Below are positions 49,701-60,127 of a DNA stretch of 64,000 nt, piece by piece. Position numbers and translations under genes: made by a program. Position 1 is the stretch's first letter; the number at the start of each line of letters is the position of its first letter. The DNA is taken from assembly GCA_918797485.1 (NCBI GenBank), contig CAKKNE010000004.1:4588001-4652000 (forward strand), read 5' to 3'. This DNA is from Pelagomonas calceolata. Its lineage: Eukaryota. The notes beneath the pieces were generated by a model. It saw nothing but the letters and a program-made list of their open reading frames with translations. It had not been told where the DNA came from and ran no database searches.

Positions 49701-51577
49701 GGCCGTCGGCAAGACCGACGCTGCGCCCCACGCCAGCGCCGAGCCCCCGACCTACGCCGCGGCCGTCGGCCAGACCGACGCTGCGCCCCACGCCAGCGCC
49801 GAGCCCCCGACCTACGCCGCGGCCTAGCGCGAGACCGACGCAGAGACCCACTCCTCGGCCGACGCCTATTCCCTCGCCACTACCGACATCGCGCCCGACG
49901 TTGCGTCCCACGCCCGGACCGACGCCGCTGCCGGGAAATCCTACTCAACGGCCTACCCCACAACCGACTCCCAGGCCTACGCCGCGCCCGACTCAGCGGC
50001 CGACGCAGCGCCCGACTCCCAGGCCCTCGCAGCCACCGAGTCCTAGGCCGTCGCCCGCGCCGACGCCGGCCCCCACGCCGTCGCCGTCGCCGGCCCAGAC
50101 GGTGGTCGAGGTCGCCTCGTCGGTCAGTCTCGAAGGCGTGGTGGCCGACGAATTTAATGCGGACGAGGACATGAAGGAGGCGTTCGCGCAGTCCATCATC
50201 GACAGTTCGGACGGTGTCTTCGACGAAGTGGTTGATGTGGAGGCCGTCGTCCGCCGGCGGCGCCTGCAGGCGGAGTATCCGCCTTCTCCGGCGCCAACGC
50301 GGGAGGCAGATCGTACTCTGGCGCCGACGCGGGCGGCCGCGGGCCTCGCGGACGTCTCTTACACGGGCGTCGCGCGCGTCGACGGCACCGAGGACGCCGA
50401 GGCCGTATCGACGGATTTATTGGAGAAGGCCGCGGCCGCCCTGACGACCGCGGTCGACGACGGGAGCTTTCTGACCAAGCTTCGGACCAACGCCGCGGAA
50501 CGCTCGCCCGAAGCCGCCGCCGCGTTCAACGCCATCACCCTCGACGAGACGGCGACGCGAGCTCACATCGGGCGAGCAAGCCGCGTGTTTGTCGTCACGA
50601 CACCGGAGCCGACCGCGGCGCCGACGCCAAAGCCATTGTCTCTGCCGACGCCAAAACCGACCCCAGCACCGACGCCGCGGCCGTCCCTCACGATGTCGCC
50701 CGTATCTTTGGTCTCAGGCGGCGGCTCTGGCTCCGGATCTGGCGCAGCGGGCCCGGACGCGGCGACGGCGGGCGGCGCGGCCGCCGGCGCGCTCGTGTTG
50801 CTCCTGGCCGCCGCCGGAGCCTTCTTCTTCTACCGTCGAAACACTGCTGCTAAGAAGTCGCAGGACGTTGAGGCCAACGCGAACGGGGTATGCGACGAGG
50901 CCGGCGGATTGGAGGCGCCACCTCAAACAGCCCTCATCACCTCCAAGGTCGACGAGCCGCCGCCGCCGCCCGCGCCGGGGCTGCTTGCCCGGGCCCTGAG
51001 TCGCCGCGGGAGCGACGCTGCCGCGGCCGCGCCCACCACTACCGTTCGCGGCAAGAAGAAGCGCGGACCGGTTAAGGGGGCGACAGCAAAGGCGGACAGC
51101 AAGATCCGCATGGTCTACGCGCCGATGCGGACGTGGTACGGAGCACCGGCGCGGCGCGCGCTGCGCCAGCGGCACGGAACGTACCCGGCGACGCCGGAGG
51201 CGCTCGCAAACTGGAAGTCGTTCGGCGCTGTGACGACGGCGTTCCTCGACGATCAGGACGTCGCGTCAACAGGCGCGCCCGCAGCGTCGGCCGCGGAGCC
51301 CCCGGCCGCGGCGCCGCCGGCCGCCGCGCCAGTGACGGCGCCCTGGGCGCCCCCCGCGCCGGAGGCGCGCGGCTGGTTCGGCTGGGGCGCGGGCGGCGAC
51401 CCCGCTTCTCCGTCGCCGCCGCTCGAAGGTGTCCTCGTCACACCGCCGACGGCAGTTCCCGTCACGGCATCGGTCGTCGCGTCATCGGCACCCCGAAACT
51501 TCTGCCCGACCTGCGGCAACCGGCTCGCGGACGGCGCGAACTTCTGCATGGCGTGCGGCCGTTCCGTTTCTTCCTGA
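46703..51577 (+). CDS. Large type I cell-surface protein with Cys-rich region, Pro/Thr stalk, TM and C-terminal zinc ribbon
   Basis: Signal peptide; RRRL motifs; PTPRP repeats; TM AAAGALVLLLAAAGAFFFY; FCPTCG...NFCMACG. Confidence 0.85.
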   Translation: MIRTVLAAAVARAALADLHALAPATREEHRPAVKRSAERAAKASRLLADHGHLLPPALRQKGQDILNEHEFRLHVALDSANPGLALAAIEKKESGYLKAFAKLGGDNAVSKARKLPKDDERTKFRATRVVLREATGIDAEEPVWGAPFRALEALFGDGHAPMEALGVSAKFFEDGRSLTKRYHVALQPPCDCWTFGRAAVVEQARGVAESLKAPPLVDTWLDAIAADDTGKLPSIGFGVSADDGACKLYVLNFGGHELPTLPLVDSLPPTARKPDRASSVMVSVEWKFGDAKTQLRQYAVEASADDVSVARHTQGERFAGDELVAALDRAFGVKQSEDIAVTAPFQYDKATTPPVAAAPLAKSGLKLKNGGDLDANADADAKLAALLNNAPGAEAWLARSRVVRHAVSNVQFGEGFVTLYRHPTVFGFVDPSSSPQHLALRNALAKRTRATRRRLDDMTACDLAEETFMDNMIWGGESECKDDKEAFPGMCPASCQADIEDLIAACDECALTDAVCDATVDTDLYPSLAGELRFEYKAPVVMAGGDMDDDCYKYLDENEDEEGLEGQLEDDMQCLDRDEPDFDCWVEDHENGDGTATIGCEGCSSDGTQSGFEAAMATFFQNLVASTGGPCSFDASASLVALGGASGSPTNSKYSDLDSELVPDDMKVRFPYGDNGLFDVMSLWGPEGCRYPYYGYLPDAPLCDECSSMFEAKEDILKGLWDGPCNSEDPPGDDDSLPLPPNYPGCGCDCADFLRRDLSTCSSDSCVNVAQEYASPNTVCSGSDVSWDTTSSADGCADTYGDGSFASIWGDACLDDDGEVQGASEQCYETLDDLQPTFRPTTLMPCPDEESAYLTCVNAAAQNGVDASAGLGWGCCDQDAVDGGSFPSTCVGMQTYSEFQDACGDPAPECAAEWSTYIECVYAEVVDVINGDLTGAAPLNCDLSCTLDPTPAPSHHPTPPPSVRPTPRPTPVPSRRPTPRPSVRATPRPTPVPSRRPTPRPSARPTLRPTPAPSPRPTPRPSARPTLRPTPAPSPRPTPRPSARPTQRPTPRPTPIPSPLPTSRPTLRPTPGPTPLPGNPTQRPTPQPTPRPTPRPTQRPTQRPTPRPSQPPSPRPSPAPTPAPTPSPSPAQTVVEVASSVSLEGVVADEFNADEDMKEAFAQSIIDSSDGVFDEVVDVEAVVRRRRLQAEYPPSPAPTREADRTLAPTRAAAGLADVSYTGVARVDGTEDAEAVSTDLLEKAAAALTTAVDDGSFLTKLRTNAAERSPEAAAAFNAITLDETATRAHIGRASRVFVVTTPEPTAAPTPKPLSLPTPKPTPAPTPRPSLTMSPVSLVSGGGSGSGSGAAGPDAATAGGAAAGALVLLLAAAGAFFFYRRNTAAKKSQDVEANANGVCDEAGGLEAPPQTALITSKVDEPPPPPAPGLLARALSRRGSDAAAAAPTTTVRGKKKRGPVKGATAKADSKIRMVYAPMRTWYGAPARRALRQRHGTYPATPEALANWKSFGAVTTAFLDDQDVASTGAPAASAAEPPAAAPPAAAPVTAPWAPPAPEARGWFGWGAGGDPASPSPPLEGVLVTPPTAVPVTASVVASSAPRNFCPTCGNRLADGANFCMACGRSVSS
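49551..49830 (+). repeat. 60-bp coding minisatellite (P-T-P-R-P-S repeats)
   Basis: Sequence lines starting 49561, 49621, 49681, 49741 and 49801 are near-identical at a 60-nt period. Confidence 0.9.
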
Positions 51578-51660
51578 TATCACCTCCCCCCCCTTTTTTT
51601 CCATCCGAGGGGTCCTCAGGCCCCGAGTAAGACGCTATGTACAAAAGTAATCGCGTGTGC

Positions 51661-51895
51661 CTACTCCGCCGCCGCCGCCAGCGCGCGCCGCTGCGCGGCG
51701 AAGATCTCGCCGATGATCGCGTCGAGGCCGTCGCCGTGCTTCACGGCGGAAGACGGTCGGCCCGGCGCCGCGCATCTTGAGCGCGTCGCGGCGCATCACG
51801 TCCAGGTCCGCGCCGACGGCCGGCGCGAGGTCGAACTTGTTGACCACGAGGACGTCGGCCTGCGTGATGCCCGGCCCGCCCTTGCGCGGCACCTT
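51661..51895 (-). pseudogene. ureG: Urease accessory protein UreG C-terminal fragment with frameshift
   Basis: [49 protein letters not shown], a frameshift near 51748, then [16 protein letters not shown]...stop 51661. The N-terminal P-loop half is absent upstream. Confidence 0.8.
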
Positions 51896-52632
51896 GAGCT
51901 GACGAGTCCGTAACAATGACACGAGGACGCGGAGGGGCGGCCGCGCGAGGCGCTCGAGGACGGCTTCCTCGTCGTCCTTCTGCGAGTCGTCGTCCGAGCT
52001 GAAGGGGTCGGCGGCCGCCTCGCCTGCGCGCGGGGGCCGCGGGTGTCGGCGCTTTGAATTTGGGCCGCTTTTTTATGCTATCTTCCAAACGGTCTCGCGC
52101 GGCGCGAGGGCGGCCTTTTTCGACGCGGCGCCGCGCCCGTCGCGGTCTGGGCCGTCTGATAGCTCTTGGGCCGCGGCATTTCTGGTCTCGGGGCCACTGC
52201 TGGCGGTGATTGGGGCAGTAAAAGGTCGAGCTCTGCCTTTGTTTGCTAAATGCCTCTCCCTAAACGGCAAAATTCGAGAAGGACGCACGACGCTTCCAAG
52301 AGACCCCCTTCCGCCTCCCAAACGAGATGGCCGAGCTTTTGCTGAAAGCAGCACGAACGTCGTCGACGACGCGCCCGCGGCTGGGAATATCTCCCTGCCC
52401 CACTACAATCGTGTCAGGAGGCGTCCAATACGCATTGATTTCACTGTCAATTGACTCCCCGCATGATCGAAAACCCGATTTGCAGACTGCAGGCTGCACT
52501 TTGCGTCGTCGCGCACGCAGCATCAACGGACGCTACTTACCTGTTGATGCTCGCATAGTTCGACACACCTCACAGACTCATCGCTCTCCTAGTTTCGTCA
52601 TCGCTGCTGCCGCAGCCATCAGAAGCACCACC

Positions 52633-54865
52633 ATGCACCTGCTTGCCCTCGTCGCAGCAGCAGCACTGCGCCGCACGAATGCCCTATCCGCACCAAACCT
52701 GCGCCCGCGCACCGTGCAACAACACCTGCGGCCGCGCACCGTGCAACTCGACACGGACTGGCACGCCACGATCTACGAACGCGACGACATCGCGGCCAGC
52801 GTCGAGGCCTGGATGGCGACCGACGATAACGTAGTTGACCCCTTCGGCGGCGTCGCCTGGCCGGGAGCTGTAGTAGCAGCAAGAAAACTGCGCAACCACG
52901 GCGTCGCGGGCAAGGTCGTGTGCTGCCTCGGCTGCGGAACCGGGGTTGAAGTGCTCGCCGCAGCATCGCTCAACGCGTCGCGAGTGATTGCCCTGGACTA
53001 TTCTGATGAAGCCCTCGAGCTTTGTGAGAAGGGCGCGGAGAACTACACCTGCGTCGAGACTTGTCATTTTGACGTGCGCCGCGATACCATACCAGCGTGC
53101 GACGTGTTGGTAGCGGCCGACGTCTTCTACAGCAAGGATTTATCAATAGCCTGCGGCCGGGCCTGCGGCGCTGCTTTACGTACAAATAAAAGGCCGGTCC
53201 TGATCAGCACGGACTCGCAGCGGTACGCGGGCCACACGGCCGCGTTCCTCCAAGCCTTAGACGTCGACTTGGCGAGGTTCGAACGAACGACGCTCCCGGA
53301 CTTCGTCGGGAGTGGACTCTTGGTGGAAGGGGACCAGACCTACGACGCGCACGTCGACGTTTTGATGCTTGACTTCGCTGGCGCGGACGACGAGGTCTTC
53401 ACGACGGCGCGCGTGCTGCCGGGCGGCTGTGTGGGGTTGTGGAGCCATCATAAGGAGCGGATCGGAGGGGGCGAGGTCGAGGCGCTCCTGGCCGCGTTCG
53501 GCCGCAGCGACGGCCTCGTCCGGCTCTCCAAAAAGTCGGACGGGAGCATCGTCGCAGCTTATAGGGAGCGGCGGACGTGCGAACGTATGGACCTCATCAC
53601 GCTGCCCTGCCCGCCGCGGCCGCCGGGCGTGCCGCCGGGCGTCAAGCACGGCGCGTGGGGCGGCTACCGGGCAGCGATCGCCGAGGCGATGGCGCACGGC
53701 GCCGACGCGGCGCTCTTGGTGGATGCCGACGGTTGCATCGTCGACGGCGACCGGGCTCTTCCAGTAATTCTCGGCGCCGACGGTATTATAAGGCACCCCG
53801 GGCCGGCGGACGGCGCCGTCGCGAGCGCGACGCTCGCCGCCGTGCTGAAAGAGGCGCCGCCGTGCGAGGTCCGCGAGGAACGCCTTTCAATGGAAATGAT
53901 CTTGAATGCGAGGGAGGTCGTGCTCCTCGGCAGCGGCGTCGGCTGCGTTGCCGTACAGAGCGTCGACGGCGTCGTGCTCGACACCTCCGGAGACGAGCTC
54001 GTGTCGACGTTCGCCGCGGCGCTGGACGCCGCGCATCAGAATGACGCGCTGCGGCCGAGCATAGAGCATCCTTTATTAAGACGCCTCGCGGTCGGCGAGG
54101 AGGTCGGGAACATAAGGCGCCTGTCATCCAAACCGTCGGCCTTCTACGTGCGGTCGCTGCTTAGCGAGAGGGACTGCGGCGCGATCAAAGCGATGGCGCA
54201 AGTGGCGAACATGACCCAAGCGAGGACCTATGGCGGCGGCACGACCGCGCGGACGAAATGCGAGGTCTCGTGGATCTCACCGCCCCCTGCTTTAACAGCC
54301 GACGTCGCCGTGATGTTCTTCAGCCCGGAAGCGCTCGAGCGGCCGGGCGGCGGCTGTGATGCGCCTGTGTGGAGAAAATATCGCGTCGATGGCGTGACAC
54401 GAGGTGCATACGGTCATCATACGCCCGCCGCTCGCGAAACGCCGCCGCGCCTGAAATTTGATTTCCACAGGCGAAGACCTCCAGGTGCTGCGGTACGCCG
54501 AGGGGGGTGGATATTCGATGCACCACGACGGGAACGCGCGCGCGTTGACCGTGCTCTACTACCTGAATGGCGTCGGTGAGACGTGGCTGCCCCTCGCCGA
54601 CGCGCCGCCACGGCCGAAGAACGGCGAGGACGCGATGGCCCGCGCCGCGAAGCTCGACCCGGATACAGACGGTGTCCGCGTCACGGCGCCGGCCGCGGGC
54701 GACGCACTAGCGTTCTTCTCGCTCGACGACAGCGACGGTTCCTACGACTGGTCCGCCGTGCATCGAGCTTTACCCTCGACCGGCGAGAAGTGGGTGGCGA
54801 ACCACTGGTTCCGCGTCGGAGGGCTCGGCCTGCCTACGCCTGATCCCCGGGAAGACATGTTGTAA
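52633..54865 (+). CDS. Triple fusion: SAM methyltransferase (family 16-like) + class IV aminotransferase/ADC-lyase-like + prolyl-4-hydroxylase-type 2OG-Fe(II) oxygenase; two exons
   Basis: Exons 52633-54355 and 54471-54865. DPFGGVAWPGA...LGCGTG...AADVFY; GVKHG...ALLVDADGCIVDG...EVVLLGSGVG; CEDLQVLRY...HHD...TVLYYLN...VHRALP...KWVANHW. Confidence 0.82.
54365..54470 (+). mobile_element. Introner element; predicted GT-AG intron 54356-54470
   Basis: CTGTGTGGAG... left end and ...TTTGATTTCCACAG right end; internal CGCGTCGATGGCGTG. Removal of 115 nt repairs the frame (GGGC|EDLQVLRY). Confidence 0.85.
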
Positions 54866-54885
54866 TGTGTAGAATATATCAACTT

Positions 54886-54909
54886 GCTAGTGTCTTACAG
54901 GCCGCTAGC
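54886..54909 (+). promoter_or_regulatory. 24-bp motif copy
   Basis: GCTAGTGTCTTACAGGCCGCTAGC, ~80 bp upstream of ATG 54987. Confidence 0.55.
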
Positions 54910-54986
54910 TTCGTCAGGGCAAACGGGGTTACGCCTCATTCAGTCGAGCGCGTGCGTGGATCGGCATCACAAAAAGAGCCTACATC

Positions 54987-55700
54987 ATGGGCCGGAAGCG
55001 TCTTCAAGGCAAACGGCGCCATTTCATTCGCAACTTTGCAAGAGAAGAGGGGCTAGCCCAGCAGGCTAGCATTGATACCAGAGACCCCGACAGAGATGTT
55101 GTGCTCACCGATATGAGAATCGGTGCTCGCTTCCGACATGCTGTGAGATTCGCTTCACAAATTTCGGATGCCGACCTCAGGCTCATTAAAGAGGAATCGA
55201 CGAGAGCTATCCTGATTGATAAAACTAAGCGATTGAAGAAAGAATGCCCCCCGGGTTACAATCAATGGGCTTACGCGATGACGATGATGCCAGACGATTC
55301 TGGTTACTTTGATGAATACTTGAACCTGGTGATTTATTTGCGGGCCGTTACCAAGGGCACGGACAGTGCAATAAAGGCTATGAATCGTTGGTATCGCATA
55401 AGGCCGCATTGGCTCCGCATCAGGCGGCGCATCTGTGATCATTGCTGTGCGAGAACCGATCTTTCCAAACCGCGATACCTCGTGTGCAGCGCGTGCGGCG
55501 TGGCGCGGTACTGTTCTAAGAAGTGCCAAATCAAGGATTGGGATCATCATCAGACTTGCTGCGCGATGTTGAATCGGGAGCTGGTATACAGCGAAATAAC
55601 TGTCGAGAAACATAGGAGCTATTCGGAAGAAGAAAGAGAGAGGTTTGAGAGAGAGAGCATAAGAGCGCGAGAGCGGTTCAGAGAGAAATATGGAAGATAG
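54987..55700 (+). CDS. MYND zinc-finger protein
   Basis: CDHC...CSACGVARYCSKKCQIKDWDHHQTCC; visibly more AT-rich than neighbours. Confidence 0.8.
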   Translation: MGRKRLQGKRRHFIRNFAREEGLAQQASIDTRDPDRDVVLTDMRIGARFRHAVRFASQISDADLRLIKEESTRAILIDKTKRLKKECPPGYNQWAYAMTMMPDDSGYFDEYLNLVIYLRAVTKGTDSAIKAMNRWYRIRPHWLRIRRRICDHCCARTDLSKPRYLVCSACGVARYCSKKCQIKDWDHHQTCCAMLNRELVYSEITVEKHRSYSEEERERFERESIRARERFREKYGR

Positions 55701-55746
55701 TTGTAGAATCTAACTGTATGTTTTAACAATAAACACCACAATAAGA

Positions 55747-58700
55747 TTACACTAGCGCCTGCGACGCCTGCTGCTCCACCTCAACCGCCACCTCCTGGAG
55801 CGTCGCGAGCCGCTCGGCCCCGAGCTGCGCGCATAGGGCCTCGAAGTCGCCCGCGCGCTTGCACGCGTGGAGCGCCCGGACAAAATGCTGGTTCGGGTCC
55901 TCGTCATCAAGAGGCGACTCGTACAGGTAGTTGTCCCCATCATCATCATCGTCGTCGTCGTGGAGCCACGCCTCGGCCGCGTCAAATTCAGCTAATCTTG
56001 CCCTAATTCCAGCGAGCTGCTGCGCGCCCATGCCGTTCTGGACGGCCTCCCGATCGTCGTCATCATCATCGTCCTCGTCGTCGTCGTCGTCGTCCTCGAC
56101 CCACTCGTCCTCGGCCGACGCGACGGCGTCGTCATCATCATCATCCTCCTTCCCGTAGATCTTGTCCTCCTTGTTCTTCCTCATGTTGGCGAGGACGTCG
56201 ACTAACGCCGAAAGCATCTGGGGTCTTGCTTGTTGTACTTTTGGCGGGCACGGCTCTACGGATAATACAGCAGACAATCCTAAAGCATATAGTTTACGAG
56301 AGAGCATGCCTTTTGCGTCTGGTGCTAATTCGAGCCACTTCGTCAGGAGCAGTTGCGTCTGAGCTGGTGTTACTTTGCCCTCATCTAATGCATGTAACGC
56401 TAATTGAGGGTTGTAGATCAGTAAGGAGTTCCACACATCTAGTAAAGCCGCACCTAACCGCGGCCGCCAGACGGCATCCGGCGACAGGCCAACCACACCG
56501 TCGGGCTTCGTGCCTATTTCATCTGCTCGAGGCGGGCCCAACGCTCGTTCCAAAGCGGCCGCGACCAAAGGCGTGCACCTTTGTCTGACATATTCATCGA
56601 CCCGACCTCGACAGTTGTGCAGCACCGACAGTAAAACATGAGTAGCCTTCCGGCAGTCTTCTTCCCCACCTCTCGTCTGGTTATCAGGCCACAAAAACCT
56701 CTCAGGAACACCCACCAAACTCTCCAACCGTGACGATGCCAAAAACTTCTCCGTGTCTCTCGACACAAAGTTGTCTAGAGACGGCACGAGCTCCGCGATG
56801 TAATCGCACCTGTGTGGAAATCAAAATTTTACGGCGCGTTCCACGCCATCGACGCGACGCCTGCTCGATGGCGTCCCGACACACTGATTTCCACACAGAA
56901 TCGCACGCGAACCCGTGGAACGCCCGGATCATCTGGTCGAACAAGCTCCACAACTCGTCCGAGAAGGGCGTCGAACCGTGGTACGTGAGATAAGATACCA
57001 CTTCGATGCCGTTCTCGAAGTACTCCAGAAACTCCCCCGACTCCTCAAAAACTCTGTGTAGTACGGGCCTCAGATACGGTTCGAGCTGCGCGTAGACGTT
57101 GTTCTCGTTATCATCTAGTGACGCAAGTACAGCGGCCATCGCTTCCACGCACTGGACCGCCGCCATGGACGCCTCCTCGTCGTCGTCTTCCCCCGCATAC
57201 GCGTGGAAGGCCTCGGCGAGTTTCTGGGCTAGCGCTACCGCGTAGGGGGCTATATCTTTGCCATACCTATCTACGACTATCTCCAGAGCTTGGACGACGT
57301 CATCAGAAGCCGCTTCTCGCATCACTCGGAAGCAGGCATCCAACAACGTGCCCAAATGTGGTCTGAGTAACTGATCGAATTGCCCGACGTCCGACGCGAG
57401 TAAACTTCTCACGAGACCAAACGCTTCGACGCGTACTGGTAGGTCCGGGTCGTCTAACGATCTCAATAAAGCAGCACATACCCTCTGATTTATTTCTGTC
57501 ACTGCAGTATGCTCCGAGAAGCGTTGTAGCGTTTCACACGCGCGACATCGCAAAATCCCGAACGGCGAGCCCTGTTCGAGGTCTGGTAACACATGCGTAG
57601 CTAGCAAGGCAGCAATCAAAGGCGCCCAGTTGTTTCGCGACTGCAACTCGTCCGCAATCGCACCTAAGGCACATAACGCGCCGTCCTTCTGTCTCGCCGT
57701 TTCTAGGGACGGTGCCTGCTGGTAGGCTTCCAGTACGGATGCGATTCTCTGCAATAACGGATCCAACACCACCTTGCCCTTGCACCGCACGAGATCACCG
57801 ACTAACGCCGTCGCCGCCGCTCGAGGTTCATAAAAGTCCTCGAGCGGGTCGTGGGCCCTCCTGACAAATTCTTGGGGATCCTCAGTAAAGCGTTTTATAT
57901 CCAAGGGCGTGGGACACATCGTCGGTAACGTGCACTCGAACAACACGAACTCCAAATGAGGTTTGAGTAATTTGTACAACGATCCGACTTCGACGGCTGA
58001 ACAGACGTAGGTGAAAGCTAGCTGTCTCACCCGTCGAGACACCCACCTACCACGAGCGGAAGCAGCTAACAACCCGAGCATACTATTCAAAAGTAGTGGA
58101 GCCACGTCGGCCGCGAACCTCCGCGCGAACTGCTTCGCGCCGTCTTCGGCGAACTTCGGCCTCCCATATCGCGTTAAGAATCTAGTGGCAATTTGCGCCG
58201 CCCACTTCTTGAGCTTCCAGGCCGGCTGCGTCTCCACGGCGTCGTCCTCCTCCGGGTGTTGGGCGGACGGCGCCGGCGCGTCCGACTCGAGGACCATCCG
58301 TACGTCCTCGAACCACCCTAGCACGACGGTGTCGTCGTTTAAGGCCACTCTCGGTAGCGCGAACTGCGTACAAGACCAGAAGATCTTGAGGATGAGTTTT
58401 GCTAATGATGCCGCGTCGGCGTGCTGGCCTGTTGACGGTAATACGGTCCTTAACAAATCTCGCAACAAAGGGAAGGCCTGCCTTACCAAATGTTCCAAAG
58501 GCCCTCTTGTGCTATTGTCGGCATCATCAGGAGAATTAGGATCGAAGGACTTGTACTCGTAGCGCTTGGCCACTTTTCTCAGAGCCAACAACGCGTTATG
58601 TACCGAAGTAGGATCGGGTTTGGCGTGGATCACTCTTAGTAGTGCAGGAAGGAGATCGGGCCACCGCTCCGGAAAGTCGCGCGTCGCCAATTCATTAACA

Positions 58701-59035
58701 GCTTCAGCGAGCTGGTCCCGCACCGGCCCGGTCACGTCGGGCCGCATGAGCGCGTCGAGCACCGCCGTCCGCGCTTGCGCGCGGTCCGGCTCGCTCCCAA
58801 AAATGTCGTCCTCGCCCCACTTTCTCTTAATTAGATTCTTGACGGTAATGGCCGCGGCCTGGCGCGCGTCCTCGCGGACCGGCGCCGCCGCGACCTGCAC
58901 GAGGAGGAATAGCGAACCGCGCATCGACGTGAGTTGTGCTATGCCTTCTTCTGCGGCCTTTCTGGTTGCGGCGTCTGCCGAAAACGTGTGGATTAGCGTG
59001 TTTATGACGGCTTCGGGGTTCGGTTGCTGCGCCAT
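55747..59035 (-). CDS. IPO7: Importin-7/8 family nuclear transport receptor, two exons
   Basis: Exons 59035-56907 and 56809-55747. IBN_N (RQAAAITVKN), DFPERWP, KLILKIFWS, WKLKKWA, FTEDPQEF, QKDGAL; junction GFACDYIAELVPSLDNFVSR; acidic C-terminal tract. Confidence 0.92.
56810..56898 (-). mobile_element. Introner element with perfect TIRs and perfect 8-bp TSD; predicted intron 56906-56810
   Basis: CTGTGTGGAAATCA (56810-56823) / TGATTTCCACACAG (56885-56898); AATCGCAC at 56802-56809 and 56899-56906. Removal of 97 nt repairs the importin frame. Confidence 0.95.
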
Positions 59036-59541
59036 GGTGTTGTGCAGCGTGCAGGCTGCAGCTCTCGCTAGTATGCGTTTGCTTGGTTATCTGATCGCAC
59101 GCGTGTGGTCCGGTTGCAGCAGCGTTGTCGCAACCTTTGCTGCCTCACTGACTGCGACAGGACCAGTGTTTCTGCAAATCGCCAAGCAAAATGCTTGTGA
59201 GCAGCATAATGACTAGCGTGCTCGCCCACTAGCCCATTCCCAGCTTTATCTTTGGCCAGTTCCTGTGGCTCTCGAGCGGCTCTGTCGACGCTAGACTCTG
59301 CGCGTAGGCTCGTGTCGCGCACAGGGGTCCCAGATCTCGAAATTCAGGCCTCGTCGTGCGTGAAACCCAAAATTTCTCGCCAGGCTGCGATCTGAGAAGG
59401 CAATCGCAGACGCGCGCGCACACCATCGCTCTCAAACACACTCGCCGACGGCGACGAAAAGGCCCGAGGTAAAAGAGGCGTCGACATCAGCACGGTTTGA
59501 CCACGCGCCGCGGGCGTCGAGAGTCGAGACGACATCGGATC

Positions 59542-60127
59542 ATGGCTCGCCGGCGCATCTGCGCCCTCCTTCTCGCCGCGGCCGCGACGGCGTCCGCCGA
59601 CGTGAACGAGACCGCCGCGAGCGAAAGCCGGGCCCGGGCCTTGGCGGCCCAGTCCTACGACTGGCTCGTGACGACGAAGAGCCAAATCGCAGCGCAATGC
59701 GGCGCGCACGCCCCGGCGGCGAAGGCCTTCGCGGCGCAGCACGGCCCAGGGTTCCTCGGCGGTGCCATCACGGCGTTGCTGTGCATGCTCCTCGGTGGTA
59801 AAAAGCCAAACAAGAAAGGCGCTCGCCGCGCCTCGATGGCGGAGGCTACACAGGTGCGCCGCCGGGCAGGTCTACTTCCAGCCGAACTACGCGATCGACG
59901 ATAGCATCGCGCGGGACGGCTTCTACCAGTTCTTCGGCCAGGATTCCGTGAGACGCGCCATCGACCAGCACTACCATTATGTCAATATGATGCCGACGAT
60001 GGAGAAGGCAAAAAAAGGCCTCGGGCTCGCGCCGCTCGCCCCCCGCCGCCCCGCGCCGGGGCCGCGCGTCCGCCACGGCGGCTCCGCGCCGCCGACCTCG
60101 GGCGCAGCGGTGGCGGCGGCGCCTTGA
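59542..60127 (+). CDS. Hypothetical signal-peptide protein needing one frame-correcting intron
   Basis: MARRRICALLLAAAA frame hands over to the VYFQPNYAIDDSIARDGFYQFFG frame near 59780-59870. Confidence 0.55.

Noticed and set aside
55747..56787. Separate 346-aa gene, and likewise ORFs 54458-54865, 8498-10036 and 11827-12297
   Set aside because: These are downstream exons of importin, the triple fusion, GTPBP and rhodanese once the predicted introns are removed; they are not independent genes or pseudogene frameshifts.
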